NCBI RefSeq assembly: GCF_004010195.1 | Contig: NC_057753.1 | Location: 13,071,446 to 13,135,445 of the forward strand | Direction: 5' to 3' | DNA from: Chiloscyllium plagiosum | Lineage: Eukaryota | DNA: 64,000 bases | Part shown: positions 37,695 to 50,276 of the stretch, one piece after another | Position numbering within the stretch: the first letter of the stretch is position 1 | How the letters are laid out: each line of letters starts with the position of its first letter | The notes under the pieces: generated by a model | Told to the model about the DNA's origin: nothing | Databases searched by the model: none | Seen by the model: the letters and a program-made list of their open reading frames with translations, nothing else | Position numbers and translations under genes: made by a program

Positions 37695-38850
37695 AGTCAT
37701 AGAATCATAGCGGATATAGGCCATTTAGCCCAAACCGTTCCATGCTGACTATAATGCCTGTCAAAACTAGCCCCATTTCCCTGCACTTGGCCCACATAGT
37801 TCTAACAAATTCCTGTCTATGTGTTTGTCCAAATACGTTTAAAATGTTGTCATGTCCACGCGTCGAGCACTTGCACTGGTTGCTCAGTCCATCTGCGTTT
37901 CAACCTGTGTAAAATAGTTTTCACTCAGGTTCTCTTTTTATTAGTTCCCCTCCAACCTTAAACTGATGACCTCTAGAACTTGATTCCCTAACCATGGGAA
38001 AAACGCTGAGTGCGTTCACCTATCTATGCCTTTCATGATCTAGTACACTCTGCAAATCACCCCTCATCTCATGCACTCTAATGAAAAATATCCTAGCTTA
38101 TCCAAACTCTCCCTATAACTCAGACCATTGATTCTTAGCAATATCCTTCTAGATTTATCCTGCACTCTTTCCAGTTTAATAAGATGGTTCCTCTAACAAG
38201 TTGACCGAAACTGAACATCATACTTCAAGTGCATCGTCACCAACGTCCATTAAGACTGCAACATACCTTTCCAGTTTCTCTACTCAGCACCCTAACTGAT
38301 GAAGATGAGTGTGCCCATAGCCTTCTTCACTGCCCCTCTACCTGTGACTCCACTTTAAGAAAATTGTGTACTTGAACTACAAGATCCCTCTGTTCTACTA
38401 CTCAGTAAGGCACTTCATTCATCATGAAAATTCTACCTTGATATGACTTTCCAAATTGAAGTACCTCACACCTATCTATGTCCACTTGTCATTTCTCGGC
38501 CAAGTTGTCCAGCTGATCAAGGTCGTGCTGCAATTTCTGATACACTTGTTCACTACCTACGATAGCTCTTCATTTAGTGTCCTCTGAAAACTTACTAATA
38601 ATCCCATATGCATTTTCACCCAAATCATTGATACAGATAACAAACAGCAATGGATCCAGCGCTGACCTCTAAGGCATTCCACTTGTCACGGGTCTCCAAT
38701 CCAACGAGCATCCTTCCAACATTACGCTCTTCTTCCTTCAATCAAGCCAATTGTGCACACTATTTTGCAGCTCCCTCTACATTCCATGCATACGAACCTT
38801 CCAGAACACCCTACGATGTGGAACATTATCAGAGGCTTTACTCACACGCA
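37695..38850 (-). mobile_element. CR1-type LINE 3' fragment
   Basis: agtcatagaatcatag tail; degenerate RT motifs on the minus strand. Confidence 0.8.
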
Positions 38851-39181
38851 AAAAGCCATACTGACTATTCAAAATCAATCCCTGCATTTCTAAATGCAGT
38901 ATTATCTTACTTCTCAGAATCTTACAAAGCACAGAAGGTACAATAAAATTCAATTTGTCGGCTTACAATATGTTGTACGATATTCTGCTTAAAACAATTA
39001 CAATATGCTTAACACATCTATCTCCACGTGATGATAATCAAACCAGGCTGTCTTTGATTCCAACCATTTCACATTTGCACAGCTGCTCTGCACTGTGCAT
39101 ATGGAATTGTTGTTTTATTGGTCGGCTGCATCAGTGTGAGGGCTTCTGGGCTCAAAGTTCATGGTGCTTTCTGTTCAACAG

Positions 39182-39455
39182 CTTCAAGATACCTAAAGCA
39201 ATCAGTTTAATTCCTTTGGGTAAGTTAAAAGAGATTCTGACCTGCAATTCCAGGGACTTGTAATCATCCTCCACTTATCTTCAGGAAATATCTCAGAATT
39301 TCCCGGGGATACTGGATGTCTCAGTCTAGGATTCTGTCGGTGTATGTTGTCAGGTGACAGCAGCGCAATTAAAAGTGCTCGGCGTTCCTGACAATTGATT
39401 CAGATGGATTTTGTGGCAGTGAATTATTGCCACGCGTTACTGTGTCACAAAAACA
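39182..39455 (+). pseudogene. Highly degenerate V-like relic
   Basis: Acceptor tttctgttcaacAG; across frameshifts ..EILTCNS..STYLQ..FPG..FLTIDS..QMDFVAVNYCHA; nonamer ACAAAAACA at about 39447-39455. Confidence 0.4.
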
Positions 39456-39929
39456 AAGCGCTTCATTGTTTAAGGAATAAAAGCACACTCCTGAATTCAC
39501 ACATATGATTAAAACATAAACAACTCATCAGTCTGAAAGTCCAGTATTATTAGCAGGGAATGCACATTTAGTATTAAGTTTATGTTTTGAAATGAAATGT
39601 CAAGACATTTGAAATGTGTTGGCCTCCCAGTCTATATTAAAGTGTAACCAGGATCAGGCTTCACTTATACAGATGCTGAAGGCAATTCCTAAGTACAGAA
39701 CTCATTGCTCTGTCAGCAGATAACACCTTCACAGTGAGCAGTGAAATCTGTAGATATTAACTTCCTCTGATTGTTTTTGTTTTTTTTCCCTGTATTGGTA
39801 GTGTCCCATTGCCTCTGATTCTTTGCACCAATCTCTGCTTCAACACGATGAAACTACGCCTTATTGAAACAGAAACTCTCTCTGCCATAAAATACATGGT
39901 AACGAATACTGCAAAAATAATGCAATAGT

Positions 39930-40099
39930 ATTATGCCCTTTAGAGAAGGAAACTGCTATCCTCGCCTGGTCAGGATGAAATATAGTTCCCGACCCACAGC
40001 AATGTGTTTGATTCTGAACTGCTGTTCTCGCTTTTAGGGACAGACAAGAAATGCTGGCATTGCCAGTGACGCCCACATCCCTTTAATGAATAAAAAAAA
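39930..40099 (+). mobile_element. SINE 3' end with poly(A)
   Basis: cccacagcaatgtg..ctggcattgccagtgacgcccacatccc..gaataaaaaaaa, abutting the gap. Confidence 0.65.
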
Positions 40100-40599
40100 N
40101 NNNNNNNNNNNNNNNNNNNNNNNNNNNNNNNNNNNNNNNNNNNNNNNNNNNNNNNNNNNNNNNNNNNNNNNNNNNNNNNNNNNNNNNNNNNNNNNNNNNN
40201 NNNNNNNNNNNNNNNNNNNNNNNNNNNNNNNNNNNNNNNNNNNNNNNNNNNNNNNNNNNNNNNNNNNNNNNNNNNNNNNNNNNNNNNNNNNNNNNNNNNN
40301 NNNNNNNNNNNNNNNNNNNNNNNNNNNNNNNNNNNNNNNNNNNNNNNNNNNNNNNNNNNNNNNNNNNNNNNNNNNNNNNNNNNNNNNNNNNNNNNNNNNN
40401 NNNNNNNNNNNNNNNNNNNNNNNNNNNNNNNNNNNNNNNNNNNNNNNNNNNNNNNNNNNNNNNNNNNNNNNNNNNNNNNNNNNNNNNNNNNNNNNNNNNN
40501 NNNNNNNNNNNNNNNNNNNNNNNNNNNNNNNNNNNNNNNNNNNNNNNNNNNNNNNNNNNNNNNNNNNNNNNNNNNNNNNNNNNNNNNNNNNNNNNNNNN
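40100..40599. other. Assembly gap (500 N)
   Basis: Run of n; the ORFs spanning it are artefacts. Confidence 1.
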
Positions 40600-41629
40600 A
40601 CCGAAAGAACTGTGGATTCTGAAAATCCGAGACAAAACCTTAATTTGCTGGAAAAGCTCAGCAGGTCTAACAGCATCGGTGGAGCAAATTCAGAGTGAAC
40701 ACTCGGGTCTCAGGAAGGATCACTCCCAAAACATTAACTCTGCATTCTATCCATAAAGGCTGGCAGACCTGCTAAGCCTCCCAAGCAATTTTCGTTTTCT
40801 TCTCCAAGAACACTTGCAGCTGCAATCGGAACTGGCAGAGTGTGAAAAATGACAATGCTGTCTCCGGCCTGTGACTTGCTCTTAAATCATGAAAGCCATG
40901 ACTTACCATGTTTCAATGCGATGCATCTCCATTTGTAGCTCCAGAGTGGACATAGTTTATCCAGATTCAAGTTTAAGCGGGGACATAAGATTTCCAAATA
41001 CCTGCTCCACTTCTACCATCCTGGTTTGGAGAAAGGCTAATGGTTCGGCTGGGGCAGAGAATCAGCTAAATAATATTCTGTCGATCTGCTGCTTAACACA
41101 TGGATATTATCACTATTCAGTCTTTTAATTCGACGAAACGTTAAGGCATTCCTGTTAGTTTAAATAAGATCTGAAAGATTTTGTTTGATAGCTTTCATAT
41201 ACGAAACAAAAATAATGGAATAGGCTTTCGCAGATAAGCATGAAACAATGTAGATTGAAATTGCGGATGGTGGTGTCGTGGTAATTTTCTTGCACCAGCA
41301 AAGCCAGAATCTTAGCATAACGTTCTGTCAACAGACCGGTTTGGGGAATTTAAATTCAGTTGGCAAATTTGCAGGGCACTAAGTTCGAGGGTAATTACGA
41401 AAGAACAGCAAATGCTCCCTTTCCCAGTCAAACCCACGCCTCATGAAGGAATTCAGTAAAGTAAATCGCACACATTTAAGGTTTACATATACCATTAATG
41501 ATCACCAAACAATTTTTATTTTAATTGTAACTCATACAATTTTAAACTTCTGTTTGAGCTGCAGACTGTATTTTAAAGTAAATTAATTTCACTGTTAATG
41601 GCACTATGTTCAAACAGATATCTGTGGCA

Positions 41630-42965
41630 AATGTTGAAAGACATACTTGGAAAGGCAAGGACTGATTAGCGATAGTTAACATGGCTTTGTGCGTGGGAAA
41701 TCATGTCTCACAAACTTGATTGAGTTTTTGAAAAAGCAACAAAGAGGATTGATGAAGGCAAAACAGTGGACGTGATCTATATGGACTTCAGTAAGGTGAT
41801 CGACAAGGTTCTCCATGGAAGACTGAATAGCAAATTTAGATCTCATGGAATACAGGGAGAACTAGCCATTTGGATACAGAACTGACTCAAAGGTAGAAGG
41901 CAGGGGGTGGTGGTTGGAGCATTGTGTTTCAGACTGGAGGCCTGTGACCAGTGGAGTGCTGCAAGGATCGGTGCTGGCTCCACTACTTTTCATCATTTAT
42001 ATAAATGATTTGGATGTGAGAATAAGAAGTATAATTAGTAAGTTTGCAGATGATACCAAAATTGTGGGTGTTGTGGACAGCGAAGAAGTATATCTCAGAT
42101 TGCAATGGGAATCTTCATCAGATAGGCCAATGGGCTGAGAAGTGGCAGATGGAGTTTAATTCAGATAAATGCGAGGTGCTGAATTTTGGGAACGCAAATC
42201 TTAACAGGACTTATACACTTAATGGTATAAGTCTCCCAGGGAGTGTTGCTGAACAAAGAGACATTGGAATGCAGGTTAATATCTCCTTGAAAGTGGATTC
42301 GCAGGTAGATAGGATAGTGAAGAATGCATTTGATATGCTTTCCTCTATTAGTCAGAGTATTAAGTGCAGGAGTTGGGATGTCATGTTGCGGCTGTACACG
42401 ACATTGGTTAGGCCACTGTTGGAATATTGCATGCAATTCTGGTCTCCTTCCTATCAGAAAAATGTTGTGAAACTTGAAAGGGTTCAGACAAGATTTAGAA
42501 GAATGTTGCTGGGATGGAGGATTTGACCTATTGGGAGAGGCTGAACAGGCTGGGGCTATTTTCCCTGGAGCGTTGGAGGCTGAGGGGTGACCTTATAGAG
42601 GTTTACAAAATGATGAGGGGCATGGATAAGGTAAATAAACAAAGTCTTTTCCCTGGGATCGGGGAGTCCAGAGCTAGAGGCCAATAGGTTTAGGGTGAGA
42701 GGGGAAAGATATAAAAGAGACCTAAGGGGCAACGTTTTCACGCAGAGGGTGTTATGTGTATGGAATGAGCTGCCAGAGGAAGTGTTGGAGGCTGGTACAA
42801 TTGCAACATTTAAGAGGCATTTGGATGGGTATATGAATAGGAAAGGTTTGGAGGGATATTGACTGGGTGCTGACAGGTGGGACTAGATTGTGTTGGGATA
42901 TCTGGTCGGCATGGACGGGTTGGAGTGAAGGGTCTGTTTCCATGCTGTACATTTCTACGACTCTA
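41630..42965 (+). mobile_element. Young CR1-type LINE (RT to 3' end)
   Basis: [35 protein letters not shown]; WQMEFNSDKCEVL..LVRPLLEYCMQFWSP. Confidence 0.95.
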
Positions 42966-44584
42966 AAATCACATGTTGGCTTTCGTGTTCGCGCAATTAT
43001 TCATTATACCGTTTATTATATATCATAGGAAGAATTTCACTATACTTCAATCGATGCTGCATCTTGTGGAAGCATCTTCTGTGATTGAGAGAGTGCAGAC
43101 TCTCGACAAGTGACTGCTACAAAGCAAAATATGTCTGCTTGAAGGCGAGCAATTTCTTATTAAAATATCCTCAGCTAAAATGAAACCAGTGAAAGCTGCA
43201 ATTGCATTAAAGGCATTTTCCTCGTTTATGATCAAGAGGTATCACTAATATTGCTGAAGAAAAGTAGAGTTAACGTTTCAAGTCTGGTGTTTTGCCGTGA
43301 CGAAAGAACTTTTGAGCCCAAATGTTAACTCTTCTTCCCCAGATATTTCCAGACATGCAGAATTTATCCAGAACTTGCTGCTTTGGTTTCAGATCATCAG
43401 CAATGCAGGTCGTTAATTTACATTGCGAAATAATTGTCTTAATTGGGATTGAATTTATGTACAGAGGCAACTGTGACTTCTATTCGAAGGCACATTTATG
43501 TGTTTACCCAAAAGGAAACAGCATCAAGCCGAATACTTTACCGTTTTCTCGTTTATTTAACAGACGAAACTTTCACTTGTAAAGAGGATTCCAGGAGATT
43601 GTACTTTCCTCTGCGTTTTAAATAGAAACTCTTCATCTGTGAACTATTCACTTTTGCAAGAATGGAAAGGGATTTAAATTCTCACTGAGAAACTTTGAAA
43701 TAGAAAAGCAGAGTGACTGTGATCGAGACGCTAAGGAAATTTATACATGCATGGATGGGGCCAGGCTGCCTGGCGACGTTGTAGCTTATTTGGTTAAAGT
43801 ACCCGTTCAATAGATCCGAGATTGTGTTTTCAAATCGATTTTTATATCTTAGGCAAAAGATCCTTTGTTTAGGTTTCAAAGCGATCCTTTGAGTGCCATG
43901 TTGTTGATGTCACCAGGGTAATGAGGCAGAGTCTTTCGAAAGACACCCAAGGCTGTCTCTGGGCATGCCCCAGGGAATTGGAAAACGGTCAATATGACAT
44001 CCTCACCCAAAAAGTGAGGGAGACAAAAATCAAAATCTCTAATTGCAGGGCGATTAGCCTCACATCGTCTTTGAGCAAGTATTGGAATCAATTGGTAAGA
44101 AACAGCGGCTCATTTGGAAAATTACAATCTAATACAACAGATTCAGCATGGCTTCTTGAAAGGAAAATTTAATGAATTACTCTTTTAATTTTTTTTTAAG
44201 GAAGGCAAGCTGAAGTCGATAGAGGGGGATCAGTAGACTCGTCGTTTTGGATTTCCAGAACATGTATCTCATGGTACTTCACGAAAGTTTAAGTCAGAAT
44301 ATAAGAACCAGCGTTTTTGATGATACTACATTTTCATAAATACATAGTTGTCTCATGGGCACTAAACAACTAGTGGGGAACGAAGTTCCTTTTTCTTCAA
44401 TCTGCCAACCAATGCCAAGTGGGGTTAAACAGGGATCAGTACTCCGGCCATAGAGTTGATCGGGTAGATGCTGAGAAAAGTTCCACTCATTGCAGACTTA
44501 GGACAAGAGTGCATAGTCTCATAATAAAGGTTTGCCAATTTAAGAGAGAGATAAGGAAGGATTTCTTCTTTCAGTGAAATGTAT

Positions 44585-45522
44585 AGAGTCACAGTAATAG
44601 AGATACACAGCACGGATTCAGACACTTCAGTTCAACTCGTCCATGCCGACTAGATATCTCAACCCAATCTAGTCCCACCTGCCAGCACCTGGACCATATC
44701 CCTCCAAACCCCTCCAATTTGTCTATCCACCCAAATGCCTTTTAAATGTTACAATTGTACCAGCCTCATACTTGTAACCCTGGCAACATACTTGTAAATC
44801 TTTTCTGAACCCTTTCAAGTTTCACAGCATCTTTCTGATAGGAAGGATACCAGAATTGCATGCAATATTCGAACAGAGGCCTAACCAATGTCCTGTACAG
44901 CCGCAACGTGACCTCCCAACTCCTGTACTCAATACACTGACCAAAAAAGGAAAGCACACCAAACACCTTCTTCACTATCCTATCTACCTGCGACTCCACT
45001 TTCAAGGAGTTATGAACCTGCACTCCAAGGGCTCTTTGTTTGGCAACACTCCTTGGGAACTTGCCATGAAATGCATAAGTCCTGCTAAGATTTGCTTTCC
45101 CAAGACGCAGCACCTCGCATTTATCTGAATTAAACTCCATCTGCAACTTCTCAGCCCATTGGCCCATCGGGTCCAGATCCAGTCGTAATCTGAGGTAACC
45201 CTCTTCCCTCTCTACTACACCTCCAATTTTGGTGTATTCTGCAAACGTACTAACTGTACCTCTTATCCTCGCATCCAGATCATTTATGTAAATGACAAAA
45301 GTAGAGGGCCCAGCACCGATCCTTGTGGCACTCCACTGGTCACAGGCCTCCAGTCTGAAAAACAACCCTCCACCACCACCCTTTGTCTTCTACCTTTGAG
45401 CCAGTTCTGTGTCCAAATGACTCGTTCCCGCTATATTCCATGAGACCTAACCTTGCTAATCTGTCTCCCATGGGGAACCTTGTCGAACGCCTTACTGAAG
45501 TTCAAATGGATCACATCTACTG
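44585..45522 (-). mobile_element. Young CR1-type LINE, same subfamily as 41630-42965, inverted and internally deleted
   Basis: ORF 44766-45365 (IYINDLD..QMEFNSDKCEVL..LVRPLFEYCMQFW..LERVQKRFT); near-identical to the + strand copy. Confidence 0.95.
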
Positions 45523-45524
45523 CT

Positions 45525-46275
45525 AACAATTGTAAAATTGTGGCTCACCTCACACTGCAGCACAGACGAACTTCGGAAAACAATGGAGAATCACCTATAC
45601 AAGGTAGTCAAGCAGAACGTGTACTCAGAAAATACAGTCCTCAGATTCCACCTTACTATACATCAAAGAAGTTTCAGAAATGACAACCAGATTACTAAGA
45701 AGACCCCTGGGAATCCTAGTAGCACACAAACCCACCAAACACTCTCAAACAAAAACTAATAAACTTAAAAGACCCAGTACATCCCATGGACCAAACCAAC
45801 GTCGTCTCCAAAATTCCATGCAAGGACTGCCACAAACACTACGTAGGACAAGCAGAAAGAAAGTTAGCCACCAGGATACACAAACACCAGCTAGCCACAA
45901 AAAGACACGATCCTCTCTTCCTCGTAGCCCCACACACGGAGGGAAAAAACGACCATTTCGACTGGGCCAACACATTTATCCTGGGACAGGCTAAGCAAAG
46001 ACATGCCAAAGAATTCCTAGAGACCTGGCACTCCAACCACAATGCCATAAACAAACACATAGATATAGATACCATCCATCAACTCCTCAGAAAACGAACA
46101 GGAAATGACATCACCACAAACCCCAGGAACCCCATCCAGGACAAACATATAAATAGAAAGCAGGAGACAACAGCTTCGGTTCACTTGGAGGTCGCCACTG
46201 ATGATGTTACCTAGCCAGGTAATGAAACGTCTGCATATCAAATCTACAGCTCAGCGAGCAAACCAGCACCCTAAA
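45525..46275 (+). mobile_element. Penelope-like element 3' part (GIY-YIG endonuclease)
   Basis: ORF 45786-46214 (NVVSKIPCKDCHKHYVGQAERKLATRIHKH..HFDW..ILGQ..KEFLETWH..AIN), followed by actgatgatgttacctagccaggtaatgaaacgtct. Confidence 0.92.
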
Positions 46276-46536
46276 GGAATATTCCACAGAGAAGGATTAC
46301 AGATCTATAATTTTAAATGAACAAATGTAAGTGGCACAGACCAGTCCAATTATGATTTGAAAAGATGTGTTTAGCCAGAGAAAAGGTTGAAATGTGCTTG
46401 TCTTACCGACAAGAAGAGTTTGGAGGAAGTAGCAGTGATCTATTTGAAAGGAAACCAGATGAAGTGCAGCTGAAACGGATGAAATGGTTGCTGATAGCAT
46501 GAAGGGAAGCTATAAGAAAGATGTCAGTGTTTAAAC

Positions 46537-46954
46537 ATGGACATGAGAATGAGTTTTTTTTTTTTGCTCTTGGTTCTATTTTAAGGAAGTGCTGCGAATT
46601 TGGTTTAGTTCACTCGTTCATTTAATCACCGATTTCTGCTTTCTATTACCTTTTGTTCCAGATTTGAACGAAGCAGATTCTGTAACCCAGCGGCAGATTT
46701 CGCTCACACAGACAGAGGGATAAGAAATCTCTTTACACTGCACCTACTGGTAATGATTATTACTTGTTCTGGTACCCGGGCAGACAGCGCGAGTTCACAA
46801 TCCAGAGGCACACGAGCCGTGTTGCTGAAAAGGTGGCGGTTTTCGGTCGGAACTGCTTTTCTGATACAGTCCAGCAGACAGAGAAGTACCACCGATTCAC
46901 CATCTCAAGGCTGGTGCTGTCTGACACCGCGGTTTTTTACTGTGCAACGAGCTT
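46537..46954 (+). pseudogene. TCR alpha/delta V pseudogene (leader remnant + V exon 46662-46954), inverted orientation
   Basis: Acceptor ttgttccAG; DSVTQRQISLTQTEG*(TAA 46721)EISLHCTY, frameshift, YYLFWYPGRQREFTIQRH..FTISRLVLSDTAVFYCATS. Heptamer CACACTG at 46955-46961 with a decayed nonamer. Leader MDMRMSFF.. has its donor mutated to GGAAGT. Confidence 0.88.
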
Positions 46955-47489
46955 CACACTGTTGGGAACGAGTGAGTCTTGTGCAATGTCTACTGCAGTC
47001 TCTGGGGAACAGCTGTTAACTGTTGATGGCTGTTTATCACAGCAGTTACATCGTGACACTTAGTTACATTCCTATGAGGTAATGCTTGGCGACAATGTGT
47101 TGAAAAACACTCCAATATCGCTCATACAGAATAATAATTTTGATTATTGAACTGAATATGAGACGGTTCTAATTGGCTCCTGTGTATTTGGGGAGCTGTG
47201 GATTTCACTGCTCACTATCACTGAGAATACAATCTCTGAGACTGGCTTGTCACAATGTATTCATTGAATCTCCGATGGAGAAAGACTGGAATGTAATCTA
47301 TCAAATGTATGAAATACCAGGATGTAGTATGGCCAGGTGAGGAGACTCTGAATCATCAGGCGAACCGGATCGAGCCTATCTCAATATTGAAGTACACATT
47401 TTAAAGTTTGAAAACTCACAATAATATGTATTAGAAAGTGAAGATATTCGGGATATGATGTGAAGGTAAGTAACGAAAGTATCAGCAGA

Positions 47490-47960
47490 AAAGGTTTACA
47501 AGGATCTCCCGAGTACTAATGAATGTGAGGTACAAGAAGAGGCTGGATAGGCTGATACACTTTTCCCCTGGAAGGTAGATGGCGGAAAGGCGAACATTTA
47601 GAGGTTTGTAAAATCATGAGGGACGTGTATAAGCTGAAAAGCAAACTTCTTTTCCCCTGGGTAGACGAGTTCAACCAGCAGTACATATTTTTAAGCTGAG
47701 AGAGGAAAGATTTGAGGGGACGTGAGGGGCAGCGTTTTCAAACAGAGGGTGATATGTATATGGAATTAATAGTCAAAAGAAGTGATAGATGCAGGTGCAA
47801 TCACAACATCTCAAAGACGCTTAGGCAGCCATATAAATAGGAAAGATTTCGAAGGGTATGGACCAAACTCTAATGAACGTGAATACATCAGTTTCAGAAA
47901 GATGTTTGGTTATGGACGACTTGGACCGAATGACTTGTATCTTTGCTGCATAACTTCATG
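47490..47960 (+). mobile_element. CR1-type LINE 3' fragment
   Basis: cagaaaaggtttacaagg..tttcaaacagagggtg..tggaatt RT-end motifs. Confidence 0.75.
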
Positions 47961-48500
47961 ACTGATCTGTAAGAACAGGCATTCTGTGTTCTTGCAATAC
48001 TTGGTTAGAAAATCTACTCAATCAAAACATCAAATTGAAAAAAAAATTGAAGTATTCATGTTATCGAATATCAGTAGAGGTTTTAGAAATTTGAACTCAT
48101 TGGTTGAGGCGTCTTATGAGTAAAATGTATTTTTTTATCCATCCCACGGTGCGATCCTGCTGCTTTGAAATATTCATTGCTGATTGAAAAACAAAATCAG
48201 GTCAGATATTTTGGGAAACTTTCTTTTCGCAAAGGTTTTAATCTATATAACCAGAAAGGAGACATTCCCTAATCACCTCCGTGGATTGTCCGAATATATT
48301 TGATATAAGAGGCAGAGGAAACCTGTCCCAATGGTGGACTGTTTACTCTTAGATTATGAAATATTTGGATATATTTTAATTTTGTGGTTTTGTTAGAATA
48401 ATATTTTGGTAGTAAATGTTTCTCTGCAACCTTATGCCGACGCCCCTTTCCTTCTCTCTGCGCACCCACCATTCAGTGCAGCTTCGTTGCATTGCGGCAG

Positions 48501-48539
48501 AGTTTTTGTACGAGGCTTCCTCTGGGTACTGTCACTGTG
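48501..48539 (-). other. Recombination signal sequence, 23-bp spacer
   Basis: CACAGTG-acagtacccagaggaagcctcgt-ACAAAAACT. Confidence 0.97.
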
Positions 48540-49073
48540 TCTTTCAGTCCGCAGTAATACACCGCGCTGTCAGACAGCTGCAGCTCACCAATGGTGAAAT
48601 TGCCTTCACTGTTCGAAGTGTCCAGAGACGATGAAAATCGAGTCCCCACTCCGTCTGCTCTGAAAGGATCTCCATAGTTAGGGATGTATATCAAGAATGT
48701 GAGAGCTTTTCCGTGGTACTGACGATACAGCTGTAAGGAGTATGACGTCGATTTGGTCGAGTATCTGAAATTAATGGTCACTGAGTTTCCTTCGAATACT
48801 TTTGTTGCAGTCAGCTCTTGTGAAATCCAGTCTGCACAATTAACACCTGAAACAAAATTGAAAAGCAACAACCATTAAGTTTCACATTCACGTTTTAACC
48901 AAATAATGTCAACAAGGCGCGAAAATACATCGCAAATACAAAGGAAACAGTAGTTATATGGAATGTCACCATGTATTAACATTATCAATTATCAACAACA
49001 TTTTCAACTTCTTGTACATACCAGTTAAGAATGCTGCACATGTCATCAATGCATAAAATGTAACACGCAACAT
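48540..49073 (-). CDS. TRAV: TCR alpha(/delta) V gene segment, open: leader exon 49022-49073, V exon 48540-48846; non-canonical Phe23/Leu41
   Basis: Leader MLRVTFYALMTCAAFLT-G with GTATGT donor and tttcAG acceptor. V reads GVNCADWISQELTATKVFEGNSVTINFRYSTKSTSYSLQLYRQYHGKALTFLIYIPNYG..RFSSSLD..GNFTIGELQLSDSAVYYCGLK, with a canonical 23-RSS. Confidence 0.93.
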
Positions 49074-49800
49074 GTTTGCCCAGCAAATGGTGAGTTTGAA
49101 CAGTAGGAACTGGAACTGAATTATCTCTGCTCTGTGGGAGGATTGAGCACTACGAAATGAAGTTAAGGGACTTGAACAGTTGATATTCTGTCATATCCTG
49201 TCTTACTGCCGACTGGTTCTTTCACATAAGCGTCGTCAGGCACCATCCAATCAGCTCAAGGCATTTCGTTCTCCTGTCTTGATGTCAGAGAGCGGTTCAG
49301 CAACACTTCGAATGTGCTCCACGATTTAATTAGACCATGATTCGCCACCAAGCATTCATTGTGCAACACAACTCCCAAACATATATTTTTCCTTGAAGAC
49401 ACACTAACCTATCAAAATAATTGAGAAAGAAATTCAAAGACAGTGCAATAGCTCCTCTTCTGGTGTACTGAATATAAGTAAAATAGGTATTTAATCTAAT
49501 TATGGGCGTTTTACCGGGGACAGTCTTTAATCTCAATCATTGATGTGTGATAGCTCATGTCCTTATCGTAACAGTGCCCTAGCTCGCCATTAAGAGTGTT
49601 GCTTGCCAAGTACGAACAACACTTAAAACCAAACTAAGGAGGGATTTAGTGCAGAACACAAACATGAAGTTCAGAAGGAAATCATTCACAATAGCTGACC
49701 TTTGTAGTTTGTATTTGAATGTATTAAGAGCTTACAATAGTGCTCATAGATCTGTTTGTGTGTGTGCATTGCGGGTGGGGTAGATTAAGATTGCTTTGTC

Positions 49801-49839
49801 GGTTTTTGTCCAGAGTTTCAGTGACTTTCTGTCAGTGTG
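49801..49839 (-). other. Recombination signal sequence, 23-bp spacer
   Basis: CACACTG-acagaaagtcactgaaactctgg-ACAAAAACC. Confidence 0.93.
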
Positions 49840-50276
49840 GGGTCAGCACACAGTAATATACAGCAGCGTAAGAGACACGAGCAGAAGCGATCTTTAAAGA
49901 ACATGCTTTGTTTTCTTTTTCAAGAGTAGCAGAAATCCTGTGCGAGGAATCTGGACACCGATCGCCCTGCTCCATGTCGAATCTTCTCAGTAAATATCTC
50001 GGAGTTTCCACAGGAAACTGAATGGACAATTTGGCTGATGATGTACTGTATTTTGTTGGGCATAGATATTTCAGAACCTAGTCTGACCTTCCTGAAACGT
50101 TAGTTTAAGTAGATTCCAGGAAAGCGATTCTCGGCAACACCTTCCTCTAAAAAAGAATAAGGTGTCAAAAATCAGTCGTGCAACTGATGAAATGCACTTT
50201 GACTTAATTAATTCAGACTATCCAGTTGGCACAGCCATTATCATCAGCAGCAACACATATACGGGATACGTGGCAT
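49840..50276 (-). pseudogene. TCR alpha/delta V pseudogene (V exon 49840-50146, leader remnant about 50223-50276)
   Basis: 3' part QFPVETPRYLLRR..RISATLEKENKACSLKIASARVSYAAVYYCVLT; the 5' part has stops and frameshifts and lacks Cys23/Trp41; RSS intact. Confidence 0.9.

Noticed and set aside
39970-40676. Long ORFs of 178-221 aa
   Set aside because: Artefacts of the 500-N gap.
40939-41125. Possible I/C2-set Ig exon relic (TCST..LVWRKANG..LSI..GYY)
   Set aside because: Too degenerate and lacks the second Cys; cannot be supported without a profile search.
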